Shown here: positions 13,977 through 27,589 of the stretch, one piece after another | Layout: each line of letters begins with the position of its first letter | How positions within the stretch are numbered: the stretch's first letter is position 1 | Source of the DNA: Octopus sinensis | Taxonomy: Eukaryota | Assembly (NCBI RefSeq): GCF_006345805.1 | Contig: NC_043017.1 | Span: forward strand, 20,150,001 to 20,214,000 | Reading direction: 5' to 3' | DNA: 64,000 nt | The notes under the pieces: generated by a model | The model's database searches: none | The model's input: only the letters and a program-made list of their open reading frames with translations | Told to the model about the DNA's origin: nothing | Made by a program: the position numbers and the translations under genes

Positions 13977-15075
13977 TAGGTGCAGGCTTGGCTGTGTGGT
14001 AAGAAGCTTGCTTCCCAACCACATGGTTTCAGGTTCAGTCCCACTGTGTGGTACCTTAGGGCAAGTGTCTTTTACTGTAGCCTTGGGCTGAACAAAGCCT
14101 TCTGAGTGGATTTGGTAGACGGAAACTGAAAGAAGCCCATTGTATATATATATATATATTATATATATTGGCCTGCTCGCTTAGCCAGCGGGGTGGTGTC
14201 ATTTGAAGGCTAAAACAATGCAAAGTGCATTGTGACCAGCGATGTGTAGCAATATCTGATAGTCTGGTCGGTTATGGGGATATATATTATATATATATAT
14301 TATATATATATATGGTGGTTGTCTACTCATTATGCAGAGTTTGACCACCTCCTGTACCTACACCTTAGAAGCACCATGGCATCTGATGTGGCTTTTTAAA
14401 TCAGACAATGTTCTGAAAAGACACCTACATAGATTGCACCTCCGATTTGGACCACCAAGAGCTACAGTTAACTACTGATCTTTGTAGATCTTGAAATGTC
14501 TCTTGAGGCCTCTGTTGGATTTGCAAACCTTCTGGCATACACTGCATTCAAAGGTGTGCACAGCAATATTGGCAGAATAGTTGGAGTTGGTTTGTTTCCC
14601 ATGCATTCGCAGATGAGATTTGAGGCCAGCAAAAGACATATATGTATATATTTGTGTGTTTGTGTTTGAGTTTTGCCCCCACCATTACTTGATAACCGAT
14701 GTTAGCAGCTTGGAAGAATCGTTAGCACGCCGGGCGAAATGCGTAGCCGTATTTCGTCTGCCGTTACGTTCTGAGTTCAAATTCTGCCGAGGTCAACTTT
14801 GCCTTTCATCCTTTCGGGGTCGATAAATTAAGTACCAGTTACGCACTGGGGTCAATATAACCGACTTAATCCACTTGTTTGTCCTTGTTTGTCCTCTCTG
14901 TGTTTAGCCCCTTGTGGGTAATAAAAAAAAATAAAAAAATAAAAAAAGAAGAGACTGATAGAATAAGTACCAGGTTTACAAAGGATAAATCTAGGAGTCA
15001 ATTTGTTTGACTAGAAGGTGGTGCTCCAGTATGGCTGCAGTCAAAATGATTGAAGCAAGTAAAAGAGTAAAAGGA
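13977..15075 (+). mobile_element. SINE family A with nested insertions (RTE zinc-finger end, SINE-B)
   Basis: Head at 13977-14143, body resumes at 14650, SINE-B at 14705-14930, tail at 14950-15075. Confidence 0.75.
14313..14639 (-). mobile_element. 3' end of an RTE-type LINE encoding three tandem C2H2 zinc fingers (one internal stop)
   Basis: Manual translation of 14639..14358 (-): MSFAGLKSHLRMHGKQTNSNYSANIAVHTFECSVCQKVCKSNRGLKRHFKIYKDQ*LTVALGGPNRRCNLCRCLFRTLSDLKSHIRCHGASKV*. A short 3' UTR and a (TA)n tail follow. It sits inside the SINE-A at 13977-15075. Confidence 0.7.
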
Positions 15076-15205
15076 TACAATTCTTAGTAATATTTAATCG
15101 TAAAAATATAAGAGGACTTTTTGAAAACATCAAATGGCTATGAGTGAGGGGGGGGTCTAGCAAAGTGAAACAGATACCAAAGTGGGGATCCTAGGTAAGA
15201 AAATA

Positions 15206-16265
15206 GTGAAGAAACACTCTATGTCATTGTCTGATCTGCTAGAACCAGCAGCGAAAAGCTCTTCAAATGTTCCTATTGTAAAAGAAGATAAAGAAGGCAT
15301 AATGGGCAACATGGAGCCTTCGTTTACATATACAAAGGAGGTAAAACAAGACAGGAAGGTCATGGGAGGAATGTTTTTTTATCATAGGCCTGTTTAATGT
15401 TGAAGAAGATGGAAGGGGAGAGAAAGCCTTCGATAACTTCAAAAATAAGAAATGGTAATATATTGTCTTTGAGGTCTAGAATATTGAGTGCATTCTGTCT
15501 GTCTGTCTGTCTGTTTGTCCTTCTCTCTCTTTGTATCCAAATATTGCATCTCTTGGACTTCTAATGTACTCTCTTGCTCTCTTGTAAAAAAGGGGGTGAG
15601 TGGTGGTGGTGGTGGTGGTGGTGGGGGCATGGTTTATTTGGTATGGTAGAAATCGATTTTTTTTTTTAATGCATGAATTCATGCATTCCTATCAGTAACC
15701 AGTCAGCTGTGAAGGAAATAGTAGAACCATTTTTACCTTCTTTATTTTATTTAGTCAGGTATAAGAAAAAAAAAAAACCGATAAAAACAAACAATGAAGT
15801 CAGTGTTTGCATATTTAATGCAGTGTGCATAAAATACTTATGTCCAACATAAAGTACTTATGTGATGCGGAAGAGAAGAAAAAAAACACAGACACAAAAT
15901 AAGTACAGAATTGGTAGCCATGGTTAAGAAATACGTCTTGCAAGCATGTGGTTTTGAGTTCAAGTACCATTGTGGACCACCTTAGGTAAGTGTTTTCTAT
16001 GTAGCCCCTCTATATTACCATTTCTTATTTTTGAAGTTATTGAAGGCTCCCTCTCTTTCCATCTTCTTCAACATTAAACAGGCCTATGATCAAATAACAT
16101 TCCTCCCATGACCTTCCTGTCTTGTTTTACCTCTTTCGTCTATGTAAATGAAGGCTCCATGTTGCCCGTTATGCCTTCTTTATCTTCTTTTACAATAGGA
16201 ACATTTGAAGAGCTTTTCGCTGCTGGTTCTAGCAGATCAGACAATGACATAGAGTGTTTGTTCAC
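15206..16265. repeat. ~255-bp inverted duplication (arms 15206-15462 and 16011-16265)
   Basis: Arms are highly similar reverse complements (e.g. ctgatctgctagaaccagcagcgaaaagctcttcaaatgttcc) with a ~550-bp spacer. Confidence 0.9.
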
Positions 16266-16898
16266 CAAAGCCATGTGAGTGGATTTTGTTACCAGAAGCT
16301 AAAAGAAGCTTCTCATAGAAACATACAAACATACACTCCATGGACACGTATACCCTTAACGTAGTTCTCAGGGAGATCCAGAGTGATACAAAATAAGACA
16401 AAGCTAACCTTTTGAAAGATAGGTACTACTTTACTTTTGGCAGCTGGGTGGACTCTAGCAATGTGAAATAAAGTGTCTTGCTCAAGAACACAATGCACTG
16501 CCAAGAATTGAACTCAAGGCCTTATGATTGCAAACCAGATACACTAAACACTAAGCCATGTGCTTTCTCTATTAGTTCATGTAACATCAAAGTATAACCA
16601 CCCACCAGTGGGCCAGTGAGGCATGTATCTACAGACCAACCCTTCTTTGAGTGCTGTATGCCCCAGCTACAGCACTATCTTTAGCTGTTTGACTCATAAC
16701 TGCAGCTCTTAACTGGTACTATCCCAGAGCAAGCCTGGGAACATTAGTGTTTAAAAGTTAATGCTATTTTCTCCATGACTCCAGAACTTACAAGTTGGGG
16801 CCAGGGCCATCTTATCTGCTTTATAGCCCCCAGTCACCTCGCCATTAAACATAGCAATGCCCTGGACCCTAAAGTACTTATTGATTGACAGTATACCT

Positions 16899-17130
16899 AT
16901 TTCTTCATTACCCACAAGGGGCTAAACATAGAGGGGACAAACAAGGACAGACATAGGTATTAAGTCGATTACATTGACCCCGGTATGTAACTGGTACTTA
17001 ATTTATCGAGCCCAAAAGGATGAAAGGCAAAGTCGACCTCGGTGGAATTTGAACTCAGAACGTAATGGCAGACGAAATATGGCTACGCATTTCGCCTGGC
17101 GTGCTAACGTTTCTGCCAGCTCGCCGCCTT
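16899..17130 (-). mobile_element. SINE family B, full length
   Basis: Reverse complement of the B pattern, flanked by tatacc on both sides. Further B copies: 415-565(-), 2703-2934(+), 2935-3137(+), 13245-13440(-), 14705-14930(+), 23750-23885(-), 25118-25335(+), 25375-25550(+), 25590-25742(+), 40004-40215(-), 40594-40808(-), 58305-58517(-), 60035-60250(-), 60450-60632(-). Confidence 0.85.
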
Positions 17131-17627
17131 ATACCTCAAGACACATAGATTTGAATTTGGCTCCTAGACCCATGTGGCACCTGAGCATCAAGGGTGTCAT
17201 GCTGCTATATCCCCATTTAGTTACTTGATGGCCATCTAACAACATGACAGCCTAAATTCAGGATCTTTAGTGAGGCACCACTTTATGCATGGAGGTACCT
17301 GATGTGACCCAGACTGCAGAATGGATGCAACACAACATGTTGAATGGAGTCCCACCCATAAGGGACAGTAGCAGGAGGGGTCAAAATGACCATTATACAA
17401 AATGAAGATTAATACCAAATCTGTCTTCTGGTTACTGAAGAAATTATTATTATTATTAACTCAACTAACATTGTGGAGTTCTTGAAGTAGATCCAACAGA
17501 AATATACCCTGACTGCGGATAACACCAGATAGCCTGAAACTGTACCAGTGCTTTACTCAACAGATTAACATACTAATCGATATATACTCATTAGCATAAA
17601 ATATTAAAAATATATCTGTGTGTGTGT

Positions 17628-17968
17628 GAGGGTGCATGGCTCAGTGTTTAGAGCATCAAGCTCACAATCATGAGGTAGTGAGTTCGATTCCCAGACCAGG
17701 CTGTGTGTTGTGTTCTTGAGCAAGACACTTTATTTTCATGTTGCTCCAGTTCACACAATTGTAGAAATGAGTTGCAGTGTCACTGATGTCAAGCTGTATC
17801 GGCCCCTTTGCCTTTTCATTGGATAACATCAGTGGCACGAAGAGGGGAGGCTGGTATGCATGAGTGGCTGCTGGTCTTCCATAAACAAAATTGCCTGGAC
17901 TTGTGCCTCCGAAGGGAACTTCCCAGGTGCAATCCCATGGGCATTCATGACCAAAGGGGGGCATTTTT
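17628..17968 (+). mobile_element. tRNA-derived CORE-like SINE family C
   Basis: Box A tggctcagtg, box B gagttcgattccc, core tgttgtgttcttgagcaagacactttat...gctccagttcac. Other copies, some with a different tail: 16330-16570(-), 23440-23740(+), 32105-32345(+), 35746-36020(+), 42625-42953(-), 47360-47580(+), 56752-57078(-). Confidence 0.75.
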
Positions 17969-18031
17969 ACTCCTGTATGAATATATATTTACTGAAGTGC
18001 ACATTTATTGACTGTTACAAGGTAAAGGTTG

Positions 18032-18075
18032 ACAGTGACTTCGAAGTGTCAGCTTGTTCACATTCATCAGACTAT
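18032..18075 (-). ncRNA. Degenerate minimal hammerhead-like motif
   Basis: AUAGU-CUGAUGA-augugaacaagcu-GACAC-UUCGAA-GUC-ACUGU: stem I pairs, canonical CUGAUGA, palindromic stem III ACUUCGAAGU, GUC triplet. GAAAC is mutated to GACAC and stem II has decayed. Confidence 0.45.
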
Positions 18076-18087
18076 ATGTGTGTCTAC

Positions 18088-18125
<38 letters not shown>

Positions 18126-18130
18126 ATATG

Positions 18131-18164
<34 letters not shown>

Positions 18165-18165
18165 G

Positions 18166-18196
<31 letters not shown>

Positions 18197-18846
18197 AATA
18201 TATAGATAGATATACAAAGAACGCAGTGGAGTGGGGCAAAGACATAAGACATAACAGATTAGAAACGTAAGTGACCTGGCAGTTTTAGGTTCATTCTCCC
18301 CTCCCCCCACCGCCTTCCCGAATTCGGCGACGGCCATCCCCGGCATCCACCCTCTCCCCCACTCTTGTTGTCCTCCCATCCCTCCAATAACACTTTTCTG
18401 GCTCTTCACATCCCACCCCACCCCACACCTGTACCCCCACCCCCAAAACCCCTCCTCTCCAGCTTATATACATAGACATGCACACAATTAGTTAAGCAAG
18501 AGAAATTGATAGATTGGAAGGCGTACATGCATAATTCATAACAACCGAAATCTCACATCATCAATCTTCACTGACACCACCACCACTACCACCACTACCA
18601 CTGACACCACCACCACCACCACCCCCACCACCACCACCACCACCGCCGCCATCAGGCCATGCATGTACTGCTTTTATTTCTTCTCATTTGCTCAGTTTAA
18701 CTTCACGGAAAGTCAATCACGTGTGTGCATGGGCGCATGCATGAGTGTGTGTGTGTGTGTGTTTTGTGTGTGTGTGTTTCTGTGTGTATCTACATTTATA
18801 TCTACATCAATCTATCCTTATATACATACACATACCTTTCTTGCTT

Positions 18847-18883
<37 letters not shown>

Positions 18884-18941
18884 ATATATATATATATATA
18901 TATATAATGTATATGTATATGTATATATGTATATATATATA

Positions 18942-19079
<138 letters not shown>

Positions 19080-19080
19080 G

Positions 19081-19134
<54 letters not shown>

Positions 19135-19719
19135 CATATAATATATATATACATTATATATATATATACATACATACATAATGTATTATATTGTATACAT
19201 ACATATATACACAAAATGCACACACACATACAGATATATATACATATATATATATATATATAAATAAATATATATATAGTGAGAGAGAGAGAGCGTGTAT
19301 GTTTTAAATAAACATAATATATAAACAGTGAATCAGACTTTTGGTAGCTGTTTATTTTTCCTGTTTTTTGTTTCGTCTTACAACCTCCCCCTCCTCAACC
19401 CGTCACCCGCCCCCACTACCTCCTCGCATCTCTTCTTATTTTCGCAGATTCACAGAAGTAGATGGTACATGTGAGAATGTATGCACTTTTATGAGTATGT
19501 GTATATATGTGTGCATGCATGTGTGTGTGTGTGTGTGTGTGTGTGTGATGGTATGGGGAAGTTTTCTGCATGTTGCACTTTAATTCCAATATGATTGCAT
19601 ACAAATGTGCGTGTCTATCAATCTCTCTATTTACACAGATTCACATATATAATGTTATCTAGGAATTATATATATATATATATGATATATATATATATAT
19701 CTATATATATATAATATAT

Positions 19720-19753
<34 letters not shown>

Positions 19754-19772
19754 CTATATATATAATATATAT

Positions 19773-19832
<60 letters not shown>

Positions 19833-20372
19833 TACACATATATATATACACACTCACATATATACACACACACATATATATATATATAGATAAAATATCA
19901 TCATCATCATCATCGTTTAGTGTCCGCTTTCCATGCTGGCATGGGTTGGACGGTGCAACTGGGGTCTGGGAAGCCAGAAGGCTGCACCAAGCCCAGTCTG
20001 ATCTGGCAATGTTTCTACGGCTGTATGCCCTTCCTAACGCCAACCACTCCATGAGTGTAGTGGGTGCTTTTTACGTGCCACCGGCACAGGTGCCAGACGA
20101 GGCTGGCAAACGGCCACGGTCGGATGGTACTTTTTATGTGCCACCGGCACGGAGGCCAGGCGAGGCTGGCAACGGCCAGATAGATAATATATAATATATA
20201 TATATAATTCTTAAGGAAGAATATTATTGACAGTAACTTCGAAGTTTCGGCCAGTAGCCATTTGTACTCTTCAAAAGTATAAAGCAAACTATTAAATTAA
20301 CGTAAAATTGTTTTATTATAACTGAACATAAAAACAAACATTAACATATGCATGTGGGTTTTTATATATATG

Positions 20373-20415
<43 letters not shown>

Positions 20416-20550
20416 AATTATATATATATATATATAGGGAGATGTACTTGCATAGCAAGTGATTTGATCTGAGATCGTGTGCTGAAACGAAAACAATTGC
20501 AGCATGGAAGGTGTTTGTAAGCCATTTAAGAAACACACACAATATATATA

Positions 20551-20629
<79 letters not shown>

Positions 20630-21634
20630 AATAAATATATAAATACATAGAGGCACAAACACACACACATATTTTATATACACACATACATATATACACA
20701 TACATACATACATACACACACACATACATACATGCATACATACATACATATATAGTCTTATTAGCTCAGGGGCTGAACTCAAAGCCCATTAACTAGATTA
20801 CTACAAGTAATACTCAATCAACACAATTCTATTGTCTACAGGACCGTCATAAAAGGCAAGACTTGTTTCTCCGAGAAAGCTTATCCTTACTTTACAACTC
20901 TCATCATTGATCAAAAGGTCACATGACTACGGATGATAGGCCATCAAAGAACTTGCCGAAGATGAACGACAACCGAGATGTACCATAACGCCGAAAATTC
21001 TTTGAAATATACCAATTCCCAATTATAACAGACACTTCTTCATTATAAAGAATAAATCTTTGGCTGGCAAACAGAGGCAAACCCAAATGTTAAGAATCTT
21101 TCATTTCATTTCAGATCATAATAATGCCACCAAATAAAAATCCAGTTAATCCATTGAACTCTAGTTCTGCATGGGATTAATTTGGCTTTCTTGTATCCCA
21201 GAGAGTTCTTCATACTGCGATATTTCAATAACTGTCTGTTACATCTACAAGGCATTTAATTTCTGGTGTGAAATATTTCGGAGTTGAAATTTCGCTCTCA
21301 GATTCCACGAAATTTGATAAAAATCTTGATTAAAAACTTTGACAAGAATACTGCAGTCTTAATCATTAACGGAAAGTGACTTCATATATATGTGTGTGTG
21401 TGTATGTGTGTGTTGATGTCCATGTGTGAGTGTGAGAGTGTGTTTAAATGCAAACACACATATATGCATATATATATACATGTATATATATATATGTATA
21501 CATATATACATATATATACACATATATATACATATATACATATCTATATATAAACACATATATATACACAGGCATATATACACATGTATATATATATATA
21601 GACACATATATATACACATACATTAGTATATAGA

Positions 21635-21680
<46 letters not shown>

Positions 21681-21741
21681 TATATATATATATATTATAT
21701 ATATATATATATATGTATGTATATATATATTTATACATATG

Positions 21742-21785
<44 letters not shown>

Positions 21786-22202
21786 TACATATGCACACAT
21801 ATATATGTTCATATACTTATATACATACACACACATATATGTTTGTCCTGGAATATAACCTGATCCGATTGGCACCAAACCCCCACCCCCCAACAATACC
21901 TCTCTCTCCCTCTCCAATTCCAATTCTGTCAGAACTTGGAAACTGTACAAGTTTTGGTTGCACGAATCTGACAGTAAGCCGGAGGAAGGATTCAGAATTT
22001 TCCCTTTTGATCTCAAGATTAAATGTCCATTTTATAATAGGGACTGAAAATAATGTCTTTGGAAGCTCTTTCACATACTTAATGCTTATTTGCCTCTGGC
22101 TACAACAAAGCCTTCTTCTTACAGTCTTTCTCTCTCTGTATATATATATATACATATATATGTATATATATATTATGTTCTCTCCTATCATACAGCCACA
22201 CG

Positions 22203-22282
<80 letters not shown>

Positions 22283-24356
22283 CATATATGCTATGTACTA
22301 GGTAGAAGACACATGCGTATTAATGGTCCTTCTGTCTTGTCCTCTCTTTCCTCTCATTAGAATTTTAACAAACTAGAAAGATAATGCAAAGAGATTTTTG
22401 AAAATTTAGAATTATTTATCAATTTTCTGTATGTATGTGTCCGTGTGAATGTGTGTAACATATATGTGTGTGTGTGTGTGTGTGTATATATATAGATATG
22501 TGTAGGTATATATATATAATGTGTATGTATATGCGTGTATATATATATATATATATATGTATGTATATTATATATATATATATATATATATGAATATACG
22601 TACAAGTGTGTGTTTACATATTTGCGCATATATATACATACATACATATATATATATATATCATCATCATCGTTTACACACACACATATATATATATATA
22701 TATGTGTATATATATTATATATATATATATACACACAAAACACATACACACACACATATATATATATATGCATACATGCACATATAAAAATATGCATGCA
22801 TATATACATACATATATACATACATATACATGTATCTAAAGTAAGCTAACGACTTTGAGGAACTTTCCTAATGGCATAAAAAAATGTCAGTTTAATGTTG
22901 GCTAATTGATCTCTCTCTCTCTCCCTCTTTCTCCTCCTTTCTCTTTCTCTCCCCCTCTTTCTCCACCACCACCACCCCTCTCTCTCATTCCTTAAACCCA
23001 AATCAATATTCTTCTGTTTTCAGAGTTCAGCTTTCAACCAGCAAATCTCGGCAATATAGGACATTTGGCACCAATTACAATTTTGTTGGAAACCCCCCAC
23101 TTCACCCACTGCCACACACACACACACACACAAAAAAAAACAATGATTTCTACCTCTCCGATTTCTGAGTTCAAATCCTACCACAGTTAACTTCACTTTT
23201 TCACCCTTCCAAGTTCAATAAATAAAATCTGAATACCATTCAAGTACTCAAGCCAATACGCTGCGTAGGGGTCAGTTAACCCTTCTTGACCAAATTGGAA
23301 AGTTTTATTCCCATATTCATAAATATTAACGAATCATCCTTATTTTGGCACAAAGTCAGCTATTTTGAGGGGAGGGGCATGTCAATTACATCGATGCTGG
23401 TGGATGGCTGTTACCTTGTTTTATTTCATTGTACTGAAAGTGAAGGCACGTGGCTTAGTGGTTAGGGTATTTGGCTTACGATCATAAAATCATGAGTTCA
23501 ATTCCTGGGGAGGTGTTGTGTCCTTGAGCAAGACACTTTATTTCATGTTGCTACAGTCCACTCAGCTGTAATCCACTACCTGTAATTCAAAGGGACCAGC
23601 CTTGTCAAGATTCTATGTCATTATATTAAGGGTATGCATGTCTGTGGAGCACTCAGCCAGTTGTTAGTTAATTCCACAAGCAGGCAGTTCTGTTAATCGA
23701 ATCAGCTGCAACCCTTATTTTTGTAACCAATGGAGTGCCGATTTTTTTTTTTTTTTACTGCCCCTGAAGGAACGAAAGGCCATGTTGACCTTGATGGAAT
23801 TTGAACTCAGAATATAAAAAGTTTGGAAGAAATGCGGTTCAAATACTTGGTCCGACACACTACCAGTTCTGCCAGCTCACCACCTTCGTAATAACTCCAT
23901 GGCCACCACCTGCTGTATTTTCTATTTCCTGGAAAGTTTAGGTCTTTCTTTATTTTGTGTCTATTTTTTTTTTTACTTTTGATGAAAATTGTATGAAAAT
24001 TGTTTTTTCACATATTGATGAAATATTTTCTGAAGATCAGTGAAAAACGACAACAACCAATTAAAAAAAAAAAAACCAACCCACATAGCAATTAGTGTGT
24101 TTTGATTATAAAGATTAACCGATATTGATCTGAATTATAATTCAGCAATCGTTCATTGAAAATTGTTTTGGTGAGTTTCAAAATAAAGTTTTTTTTTTTT
24201 GAGAATTTAATCTATTTTAAAACTTCATCTAATGAGATAATTTTAATAAAAAAATAATTTTTAAATAATGGAATAGCTTAGACATGTAGTGAAGAATGCT
24301 ACACATGTGGTGAAGTGAATATAGTCCACATGTGAAGTGGATATAGTCCACATAAC

Positions 24357-24760
24357 TGCAGGCATGGCTGTGGTAAGAAGCTTGCTTCCTAACCACATGG
24401 TTCTGGGTTCAGTCCCATTGTGTGGTACCTTGGGCAAGTGTCTTCTGAAGCCTTGAGCTGACCAAAGCCTTGTGATTTGGTAGATCCTGCCCACCACAAC
24501 AGAATTGAGGTCCTAAATCCAAGGTACCACATAAAAAGCACATAATGTACCACATAATGTGCTGGTGCCACATTAAAAGCATCCAGTACACTCCTGGAGT
24601 GGTTGGTGTTAGGAAGGGCATCCAGCCGTTGAAAAAAACCAAAACAGACTACGGAACCTGATGTAACCCCTGACCTAATTAGTTCCGGTCAAGTCATCCC
24701 ACTCATGCCAGCATGGAAAATGGTCAGCAAATGATGATGATGATGATTATGATGATGGTG
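24357..24760 (+). mobile_element. SINE-A head joined to an RTE-derived tail
   Basis: Family-A head followed by ggagtggttggtgttaggaagggcatccagccg...catgccagcatggaaaa...(gat)n. The same tail also occurs at 6795-6980(+), 19897-20178(-), 44345-44520(-) and 44830-45045(+). Confidence 0.65.
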
Positions 24761-25879
24761 ATATATACATATGTGTGTGTTTGATTGGCTGGCAACTGGT
24801 GTTATTTTGTTTGTGTCCTTACAACTGTTCAGCAAAAAAGAGACTAACAGAATAAGTATAAGATTTTAAAACATAAAGAAAAATAACAGAAAAAATAAAT
24901 ATGAGGGTTGATTTGAGGTATAAAAAGAAAACCCTTTAAGGAGGTGCTCCAGCATGTGACTGAGGTTGGCTGAGGTTGGCATGTGACTGAGGTTGGCTTC
25001 ATGTTTCATTCTTTTGATAAAATAAGTACAAGTTAAGCACAGGGGCCAATGTAGTCAATGACCCCACCTCCCCCAAAATGCCAGGAGTTGGGCCAAAATT
25101 TGAAGCCCTTTAAAAAAGGCAGCAAGCTGGCAGAATCGTTAGAAATGCCGGGCAAAATGCTTAGTGGGATTTTGTCAGTCCTTACGCTCTGAGTTCAAAT
25201 TGAGCCAAGGTTGACTTTGCCCTTCATCCTTTCAGGGTTGATAAATTAAGTACCAGTGAAACACTGGGGGTCGATGTAATCGACTAGTCTACTCCCCACA
25301 AATTACAAGCCTTGTGCCTATAACAAAAAGGATTATCATCATCATCATCATCATTATTATTCATCATTGTTATTAAGTCAGTAAAATGACAGAACTGTTA
25401 GTATTTCATCTATTCTAAGTTCAAATTTCGTTGAGGTCAGCTTTGCCTTTCATCCTTTTGGGCTAAATAACTCAAGTACCAGTCGTGTACTAATTGACTA
25501 CCCCCCTCCTCTCCTAAAACCTTTGGGCCTTGTGCCTAGATTAGAAACGAATAAATTAAGTATCAGTGAAACAGAATTTCACCCATCTTTACGTTCTGCG
25601 TTCAAATTTCACCAAACTCAACCTTAATCTTTCAGCCTTCCAGGAATCGATAAAATAAGGACCAGGTGAGCACTGGTATCGATGTAAGTGACTTACCCAA
25701 ATCCACCCCCAAACTTGCTGGCCTGTGCCAAAATTTGAAACCATCATCATCATCATCATCGTCATCATTACTATTATTATTATTATTATTATTATTTGAA
25801 ACACACCTTTCATTATTAATAGTTTCATGTATGAATGAATGATACTAAACTTCCTGAAGCCCTAGGTGGAGAGAGAGAA

Positions 25880-25925
<46 letters not shown>

Positions 25926-26534
25926 AGAAGAAGAAGAAGAACAACAACAACAACAACAACAAGAAGATGATGATGATGATAGTGAAATGATCCTGCTCAT
26001 TCCCGCCCTGTGAACATAAGACATCTGTGATAAGTTTCAATAATTCTGCTTCCCTTCCATATTTAGGAATCAAATATCTAATGTTTTGGGGTTTATAAAA
26101 CTTAAAAAGAAAAATTAAAAAAGAGAAATGTAACCAAAAGATTTGGTTGCCACAAGAAATGTTATGAAGAGAAGTTTGGAATAAACAAAAAAAAAAAAAA
26201 GAATTCCAAAAATTTTAAGTAAAATAAGATAAAAGATATGTCTCAAACAGCTTCTGTTCTTGGATTTCTTGGTTTGATTCTTCATGAAGTTAACTTTGTA
26301 ACCATGTGGTTAGGGGTTCAGTCCCACTGCTTGGCACTTAACGGCAAGTGAATTCTGCTATAGACCCAGGATCATCAATGCCCTGCGAGTGAATTTGGTT
26401 ATTGGAAAACTATTTGGAAGCTTATTGTATGTATGTGTGTGTGTATGTGGGTGTGTGTGTCAGTATGTGTGTGTGTCTATGTGTGTGTGTGTGTGTATGC
26501 ACATGTGCGTATATGTATATATGTGTGTATATAT

Positions 26535-26720
26535 TCTTTATTTGTAGATTAACAAGGCTACCATTGGTTTCATGTTAAGAAAAATATTTTAATATCTTCA
26601 CAACTTTTCAAGCTGATCATATGGAAAAATGGTGTTCCTCTCCATTTTAGATACAAGACTTAATGTTTTTATCCAAAATGGAGGCAGAAACCAATGGTAG
26701 CCTTAATACACAAATAAAGA
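26535..26720. repeat. Inverted-repeat island with hammerhead-like 3' half (PLE-like end)
   Basis: tctttatttg...aaggctaccattggtttc (26535-26571) is inverted relative to gaaaccaatggtagcctt...caaataaaga (26687-26720). ctgatca lies at 26613 and an internal hairpin tccatttt..gata/tatc..aaaatgga precedes GAAAC. Confidence 0.5.
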
Positions 26721-26856
26721 AATTCTATCCATCAATGCGGTGTTGAGGATTCATTTTCATCGTTTGACATTTGCGTATCTATCCTTTTATAGTGGCGCTA
26801 CAGCATGGCCACGGCCCAAAGAATGAAGCAGGAGTAAGATAAAATATAAATGATAG

Positions 26857-27085
26857 GGCGGCGAGCTGGCAGAAACGTTAGCACGCCGGGCGAAATGCGT
26901 AGCCGTATTTCGTCGGCTATACGTTCTGAGTTCAAATTCCGCCGAGGTCGACGTTGCCTTTCATCCTTTCGGGGTCGATTAAATAAGTACCAGTTACGCA
27001 CTGGGGTCGATGTAATCAACTTAATCCGTTTGTCTATCCTTGTTTGTCCTCTCTGTGTTTAGCCCCTTGTGGGTAGTAAAGAAAT
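26857..27085 (+). mobile_element. tRNA-derived SINE family B (Meta-domain-like), full length with TSD
   Basis: ggcggcgagctggcagaaacgttag, box B gagttcaaattcc, gcctttcatcctttcggggtcgat..aagtaccag (Meta/Sauria-like core), tail gccccttgtgggtagtaaagaaat. TSD tataaatgat. Confidence 0.85.
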
Positions 27086-27429
27086 GTATAAATGATGGAA
27101 GATGCTTCAGACTTGATTATGTCCTTTTTAACTCGGACATAGTATATCGTGGACTACATTATCCAATGTGACCATCCATCTTATCTTTTAAAACTGCAGA
27201 GTACCATTTCAGGGATATTGGACTGGTGTTTCTAGCAAACCCAGTGACCATCCTTATTAGTATATATATGCATGTATATCTGCGTGTGTGCATGTATGCA
27301 TGTGCTCATGTGTGTATGTGAAGGACATTGGGCTGCTGTCTCTAGCATAGCCTCTGACCACACAAAGGACACCATCGCATCTTGAACACAGACATGTATA
27401 GGTATTAGCACATGTGTGAGCGAGCATAT

Positions 27430-27465
<36 letters not shown>

Positions 27466-27589
27466 TATACTGATGAAGGCAGAATATCCGGCTTGATTGA
27501 CATTGAGAAAACACAGGTCCATTTATCACATGTGAAAATTAGCCGGTGCCAAACGAACTATTTAATTTGATCAATGGAAGGCAACACCT

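Noticed and set aside
21925-21975. Hairpin ctgtcaga...tctgacag as a pre-miRNA
   Set aside because: Only 8 bp pair cleanly and no known seed was recognised.
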